DNA of 32,000 nucleotides. Origin: Desulfocapsa sulfexigens DSM 10523 (GTDB lineage: Bacteria > Desulfobacterota > Desulfobulbia > Desulfobulbales > Desulfocapsaceae). The stretch is from positions 2,370,001 to 2,402,000 of the forward strand of contig NC_020304.1 in assembly GCF_000341395.1 (NCBI RefSeq). Direction: 5' to 3'. Shown piece by piece: positions 27,206-32,000 of the stretch (positions within the stretch are counted from its first letter, which is position 1; each line of letters begins with the position of its first letter). Position numbers and translations under genes: made by a program. The notes under the pieces were generated by a model, which saw only the letters and a list, made by a program, of their open reading frames with translations, made no database searches and was not told the origin of the DNA.

Positions 27206-28399
27206 TTATTTCGATTTTTCCGCAAGTTTTGCCTGCAGGAGATCACCAAATGTTCCAAGAGTTGACGGTTGTTCTTTGTTGCTTTTCTGGAAACTTTCGA
27301 CCAACTTTTCCTCTGCTTTTTGATCGTCTTCAGGGCCGACATAATCAGAAGGAACAAGGCTGATACGTTTTTCGACGGTATCAATACTTTCTATCTGAAC
27401 TTCAATTTCCTGTCCCTCTTCAAGAACTTCACGTGGATGATTGATGCGTCGTCCTTTGCCAAGCTTGGAAATATGAATCAGTCCATCTATTCCGGGTGCT
27501 AGGGTAACAAAGGCACCAAACTGAGCCAGCCGGGCCACTTTTCCGGTGAGGATCTGTCCACCACTGAGCTTCGCGGCGGCCTGTTCCCATGGGTCTTCCA
27601 GGGTCTCTTTGATGCTGAGAGTGATACGGTTATTGTCCCAGTCCAGTTTTTTTATAACCACACTGACCTTTTGATCCACTGCATAAAAGTCATTGATGTT
27701 CTCAATCCTGCTCCAGCCGATTTCTGAGATAGGCACAAGCCCATCAACGCCACCAATATCAACAAAGGCACCAAAGTCACGAATGGAGGTAATAATCCCG
27801 GTCAGCGTGTCACCCTCTGCAAGTGTCTCCTGTAATGCATCACGGAGTTTTTCCCGCTCCTGTTCAAGAAGGGCACGGGCTGAGACCACAATGTTTCTGC
27901 CATTTTCTTCATAGCTGGTTATGAGAAAGTTCATCCTCTGGTCAATATATTCGGCTGCCGCATCTTCAACACGACGCAGTCCCATTTGGGAGTAGGGACA
28001 AAAGGCGCGGATGGAACCACCAAGAGTGATTTCAAAACCACCCTTAATCTCTTCCTTGACAACACCTTCAACGGGGATGCCGCTGCGGCATGCTTCTCCA
28101 AGGTGTTCCGTGTTTTTTCCGGAGCCTATGCTGATGGTAAAGAGCTGGGCTCCTCCCTTGGTTTGCAAAAAATAGACATCGAGTTTGTCACCAACTGCCG
28201 GGCTACTCTCGCCATCGGTGCTCTGTATCTCCGAAGCATCAAGAATACCCTCACTTTTTCCTCCGCAATCGAGAAAAATGGATTCTCCGCTGATCCCCAC
28301 GATGGTTGCTGTGATCTTCTCACCGGGGTTCAGACGACGGATGGATTTGGATTCACTTTCCTGGAAAAGTTCGGCAAAACTGGCATTCTCTTCTGACAT
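27206..28399 (-). CDS. S1 RNA-binding domain protein (30S ribosomal protein S1-like, four S1 repeats)
   Basis: Repeats 'ITATIVGISGESIFLDCGGKSEGIL', 'GVVKEEIKGGFEITLGGSIRAFCPYSQM', 'LTGIITSIRDFGAFVDIGGVDGLVPISEIGW', 'LTGKVARLAQFGAFVTLAPGIDGLIHISKLG'. Likely start is MSEENAS at 28399; the track ORF begins 19 codons upstream. Confidence 0.88.
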   Translation of the reverse strand: MSEENASFAELFQESESKSIRRLNPGEKITATIVGISGESIFLDCGGKSEGILDASEIQSTDGESSPAVGDKLDVYFLQTKGGAQLFTISIGSGKNTEHLGEACRSGIPVEGVVKEEIKGGFEITLGGSIRAFCPYSQMGLRRVEDAAAEYIDQRMNFLITSYEENGRNIVVSARALLEQEREKLRDALQETLAEGDTLTGIITSIRDFGAFVDIGGVDGLVPISEIGWSRIENINDFYAVDQKVSVVIKKLDWDNNRITLSIKETLEDPWEQAAAKLSGGQILTGKVARLAQFGAFVTLAPGIDGLIHISKLGKGRRINHPREVLEEGQEIEVQIESIDTVEKRISLVPSDYVGPEDDQKAEEKLVESFQKSNKEQPSTLGTFGDLLQAKLAEKSK

Positions 28400-28491
28400 G
28401 TTGATAACCTGTTGGTTGAGTCTTGATTTGGATGTTGCTGGAAAATATTCTGGCATTGTACTTTTTTATCAAAAAGAAGGAAAGAGAGAAA

Positions 28492-30297
28492 TCAGCGCTT
28501 AATGGCAAGCGCCAGAAACTGATTTTCTTCCTGAAAGATCAGTTTCTTGCTGCAGAGATCCTGTAAAAAGCCTCTCAGCGTGTCTTCTTTGATTGTTGGA
28601 AATTCCTGATTGATCTCGTCAAGGCTGCGAATCCTTTGGCAGAAAAGATAAATTTTCCTGGAGGCACCCTGTAATCTGTGCTGCAGTGTGGAACCGTCCA
28701 GCTGTTCCTGACGTATAAGGAGAAAAGTCATGCCATCCCGATAGCTGAGGGGCGGGTGTGCAGTATTACGTTTATCGTGAAATTTCTTCCAGTTGCTGAT
28801 TTTTTTGATAACTTCCTGCCACTGCTTATGTTGACGGCCCCTGTCACCACGGTAACCCTTGATAAGCATGTTGAGATTCCGGAGGATTTCTTTAGGAAAG
28901 AGTTTTTTGTTCTTTGGATGCTGGGTTACTGCAAGAATCCCATAGCTTCCGGGATCTTTTGCAACAGGTGAGCCATGACCGAGAAAAAAAGAGGCAGGGG
29001 CAAGAGGTGCGTAGGGGAGGACAAAATCCAGGTTGTTCAGGGTTTCTTCTACTTCGGTCATGGAGCTGCCAGGGAATTCAACTATCAGATTTCCATCAAG
29101 CTGAATGCCGGCCTCGGCACTCTGGCGCATGGCGGCTATGTTTTCAATGGCAGTGGTTCCCTTTTTCATTCTTTTGAGCAGACTGGTGGAAAGTGATTCG
29201 ATACCCACCTGAATGGTGGTGAGGCCGCCTCTGCGATAGTTGCGAGGGGTGTCTGGATCTGTAATAACACGTACCTCGGCAAAGAAACTGTAATCACACC
29301 TTTCATGGGCCAGGGTGTTGAAAAAACTGTCGGCCTCCTTTGGTGGCAGGGCATTGTCCGTAAAACAGAAATCAAGACATTTATGCCGCGTACTTTGCTG
29401 TCGCACTTCTCTGAGCATGCTGTCTGCCTGTTTCCAGCGGTAGCCGCGCCACTGGAGATTCAGGTTGCAGAATGTACATTTATTCCACCAGCATCCCCTG
29501 GAAAATTCAATGGGGAGAATGGGTACGAATGGCTGAGTGGGAAAGGTATGCGTCATTTCCCGAAAGTAGGGGCCGTAATCCGGTACCGGTAGAGTGTTCA
29601 AATCTGAAATGCCAGGGCAACTGCTGCTGATATGTGCTGCTGTTTTCAGGCTGAAGACCTGGGGTGGTAAGGTGCTTGTGTCTCCTGCAGAATGGAGCGT
29701 ATGACAGAGTTGTGCCAGATTATTCTCGCCCTCACCACTGATAACGAAATCGATCTGGGAAAAACCATGGAGGAGGGATACCCCAATTTCGCCGACACAG
29801 CCGGAGCCACCGAAGACTATAGGCAGGTCTGGACAGCGTTTTTTTATTCTATCCGCCGCTGTGAGTGATGAGATCAGTTGGTTAAAACAGACGGAGAATC
29901 CAATGAGATCATAGGCTGCAAGGTCCAGGCTGTCGAGCCACCGTTCCAGGGCATCGTCGAGGAGCTGTACGTATCTATCGAAATCAAGGTCTTTAAGACC
30001 TTTTTCCCTGCGGCAGCTTTCATAAAAGAGTTGTTCAGCCTGATTCTTCTGTTTAGGAAAAAGCAGGGGGCTGTACAGTGCCTCACCAGCCCAGCTGTTT
30101 TTTGCGAGATAGTGGTAGGTTTCGGTACCAATGGCAGCGGCGGCATTGAGGTAGGGATGGAAAAGGCTTGTTACAATGGAACCGTTTTCTCTGGTGTCGA
30201 GCCAGGATTTGAGTGCGGCAAGCTGGATGGAGGGACGATTAAAAATCGACCAGGGCATAGAGACCAGTCCCAGCCGAAAGGGAGTTGCTTGTTCCAT
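28492..30297 (-). CDS. B12-binding-like radical SAM protein resembling RiPP maturation radical SAM C-methyltransferases
   Basis: 601 aa: N-terminal 'LVSMPWSIFNRPSIQLAALKSWL...YHYLAKNSWAGEALYSPLLFP', 'GFSVCFNQLISSLTAADRIKKRCPDLPIVFGGSGC', radical SAM cluster 'RGCWWNKCTFC'. Subfamily assignment is from memory of the family pattern. Confidence 0.75.
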   Translation of the reverse strand: MEQATPFRLGLVSMPWSIFNRPSIQLAALKSWLDTRENGSIVTSLFHPYLNAAAAIGTETYHYLAKNSWAGEALYSPLLFPKQKNQAEQLFYESCRREKGLKDLDFDRYVQLLDDALERWLDSLDLAAYDLIGFSVCFNQLISSLTAADRIKKRCPDLPIVFGGSGCVGEIGVSLLHGFSQIDFVISGEGENNLAQLCHTLHSAGDTSTLPPQVFSLKTAAHISSSCPGISDLNTLPVPDYGPYFREMTHTFPTQPFVPILPIEFSRGCWWNKCTFCNLNLQWRGYRWKQADSMLREVRQQSTRHKCLDFCFTDNALPPKEADSFFNTLAHERCDYSFFAEVRVITDPDTPRNYRRGGLTTIQVGIESLSTSLLKRMKKGTTAIENIAAMRQSAEAGIQLDGNLIVEFPGSSMTEVEETLNNLDFVLPYAPLAPASFFLGHGSPVAKDPGSYGILAVTQHPKNKKLFPKEILRNLNMLIKGYRGDRGRQHKQWQEVIKKISNWKKFHDKRNTAHPPLSYRDGMTFLLIRQEQLDGSTLQHRLQGASRKIYLFCQRIRSLDEINQEFPTIKEDTLRGFLQDLCSKKLIFQEENQFLALAIKR

Positions 30298-31004
30298 TAT
30301 TGATTGATGATCTCTGTACCTTCCGGTGGATTGAAATGAAAGAGTTGTTCCATAAGCTCGGTATTGTCTCTGTCAAGAGTATTGACCAGAAGATTACTGA
30401 AATTAAGAACAGTCAGCGTGTCGAAATGATCCAGTATTTCTATACGTCGAATAAGGGAATCATCGGTCACCCAGAGATGAATTTCGGCGACCTGAGACTG
30501 TTTTGCTTTGGGAATCAATTTGATGATAGTGGTCTGGTCTTCGGGACTCAGGGTCAGATCGGGGGGGAGGACAGTGAAATCCTCAAGCAGATCACCGGAT
30601 CCTGTGAAAAAAGAATAGGTCAGATCCTGCTGCAGAGCAGAAGCCGGGCTGATGATCATCTGGGCCATGGAGGCAAAATACATTGAAAATGTGACACCGT
30701 CGCTCACCAGCACCTGTTTTTCGGGAGTTGAATAGTTCCAGCGCATTTTACCATTATTCTCACCTGGAGCATTGCTTTTCAAAAAGAAGGCCTGGCCGCT
30801 TCCCTTTTTGGGGCGTCCACTGAGCTGGCCTCTGGTGTCCTGATTGAAGTCAAAAGTAAATGAGTAGATAGTGTCGTAGCGCTTCTGCAGTCGTGAGGCG
30901 ACTTCCTCAGGTGTTTCTGCCGCATTTACCAAAGAGGGCAGGAGCAGGGTGGTGAAAAAGAGAAAGGTAAAAAGAGAGAGTCTGGCTGCCTGGAAAGTTT
31001 TCAT
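30297..31004 (-). CDS. lolA: Outer membrane lipoprotein carrier protein LolA-like
   Basis: 235 aa: signal peptide, 'VASRLQKRYDTIYSFTFDFNQDTRGQLSGRPKKGSGQAFFLKSN...GKMRWNYSTPEKQVLVSDG'. Confidence 0.85.
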   Translation of the reverse strand: MKTFQAARLSLFTFLFFTTLLLPSLVNAAETPEEVASRLQKRYDTIYSFTFDFNQDTRGQLSGRPKKGSGQAFFLKSNAPGENNGKMRWNYSTPEKQVLVSDGVTFSMYFASMAQMIISPASALQQDLTYSFFTGSGDLLEDFTVLPPDLTLSPEDQTTIIKLIPKAKQSQVAEIHLWVTDDSLIRRIEILDHFDTLTVLNFSNLLVNTLDRDNTELMEQLFHFNPPEGTEIINQ

Positions 31005-31777
31005 GCAATAATTAGCTCCATTGGACGGGAAAATATACGCTCGGCAACTGGTCGGGCTGTTTCTGTACTGTCAGAGACATAGTATCTGTGACTGGCATTT
31101 CCATTCTTCGATATGATATTCGGGTTACTGAGAAGGAATTCTTTTACATAGTGAGCGGTTTCAATGGAAGAGTCAATGAGTTTAACCCGTTTACCGATCC
31201 GTGGTTGAATCAGATTCTTTAGTAGAGGGTAGTGGGTACAGCCAAGTACCAGTGTGTCGATTTGTCTGTTTTTAAACGGGGCAAGATAGCGACGGAGAAT
31301 CATTTTTGTTTCCCGCTTATTCAGCCAGCCTTCTTCAACAAGTGGTACAAGAAGGGGACATATCTCCTGGAAGACTTTACAGTCTGGTTGCCTGGCAAGA
31401 ATTGTTTTTTGGTAGATGTCACTTCTGACTGTGGCCCTGGTGCCGATAACTCCGATTCTGCCGTTTTGACTTGATGAAATAGCACGGTTGGCCGCCGGAG
31501 TGATCACCTCAATGATAGGGACGCTAAATTTTTCCCGAAGGGTTTCCGTGGCCACTGAAGATGCTGAGTTACAGGCAATAATAATTAACTCCGCACCTTT
31601 ATCCAGCAGGAACTCGGTGTTATGGATGGAGTAGTCGATAATGGTTTTCGGGCTTTTGGGGCCGTAGGGGCTCCGTGCAATATCACCGTAATAGACGAGT
31701 GAATAGTCCGGGAGCAGCTGTTCAACGGCGTGAGCTACTGTCATGCCGCCGACACCTGAATCAAAAATACCTATCAT
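31001..31777 (-). CDS. murI: Glutamate racemase
   Basis: 258 aa: 'IGIFDSGVGGMTVAHAVEQLLPDYSLVYYGDIARSPYGPKS', 'IIIACNSASSVA', 'LVLGCTHYPLLKNLI'. Confidence 0.96.
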   Translation of the reverse strand: MIGIFDSGVGGMTVAHAVEQLLPDYSLVYYGDIARSPYGPKSPKTIIDYSIHNTEFLLDKGAELIIIACNSASSVATETLREKFSVPIIEVITPAANRAISSSQNGRIGVIGTRATVRSDIYQKTILARQPDCKVFQEICPLLVPLVEEGWLNKRETKMILRRYLAPFKNRQIDTLVLGCTHYPLLKNLIQPRIGKRVKLIDSSIETAHYVKEFLLSNPNIISKNGNASHRYYVSDSTETARPVAERIFSRPMELIIA

Positions 31778-32000
31778 TGATAATACTGTGGTTGTAAATT
31801 GATGGTTTTGCCGGATGCTGTTGTTTCCTCAGCAACGGTGGTTTCTTTTGCAGCTGCAATTGATTTTGTATAAAAAAACTCTCAGTTTGCATCGATAGTA
31901 AACCGGGAACTACAAAAGTCAAGTGAAGAGAAGGCAGGAGCTGCAGCCTACTTCATAATATCCCGATACTGCGAAACTCTTCCAGGAAATGATAGCGGGA

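Noticed and set aside
1-32000. CRISPR arrays, transposases/IS elements, phage genes, retrons, toxin-antitoxin pairs, tRNA/rRNA genes
   Set aside because: Looked for by product signatures and repeat structure and found no supportable instance. The many antisense ORFs in the track mirror strong coding genes and are treated as spurious.

Overview
The window is a mostly gene-dense bacterial chromosome segment. Its gene content (DUF3786, RemA-like/DUF370, a large two-component repertoire, DUF4405) fits a Desulfobulbales-like Desulfobacterota, but that taxonomy is inference. Housekeeping and envelope genes dominate: MltD-like transglycosylase, NUDIX, ZapB/ZapA-like pair, rny, tyrS, Fur-family regulator, two radical SAM proteins, glgP, pal, skp, DUF3786, rfaE1, yicC-remA-gmk, rlmB, an S1-domain protein, lolA and murI. 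I see no CRISPR array, transposase, rRNA, tRNA or recognisable defence island. The most interesting signals are: (1) a translationally coupled locus at 17858-22384 (DUF4405 membrane protein, secreted Gly-rich protein, sensor kinase, sigma-54 activator) preceded by a near-consensus sigma-54 promoter and an upstream inverted-repeat cluster; (2) a 9-A homopolymer at 25813-25821 that splits one REC-PAS-HisKA-HATPase-REC hybrid kinase into two ORFs, repaired exactly by one extra A; (3) a likely 6S RNA downstream of zapA; (4) a RiPP-maturation-like radical SAM gene coupled to murI-lolA with no visible precursor; (5) an unannotated 36-aa ORF filling the gmk-rlmB gap; (6) several palindromic operator-like sites. 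Nothing here proves a new system. The first item is the best candidate for follow-up.
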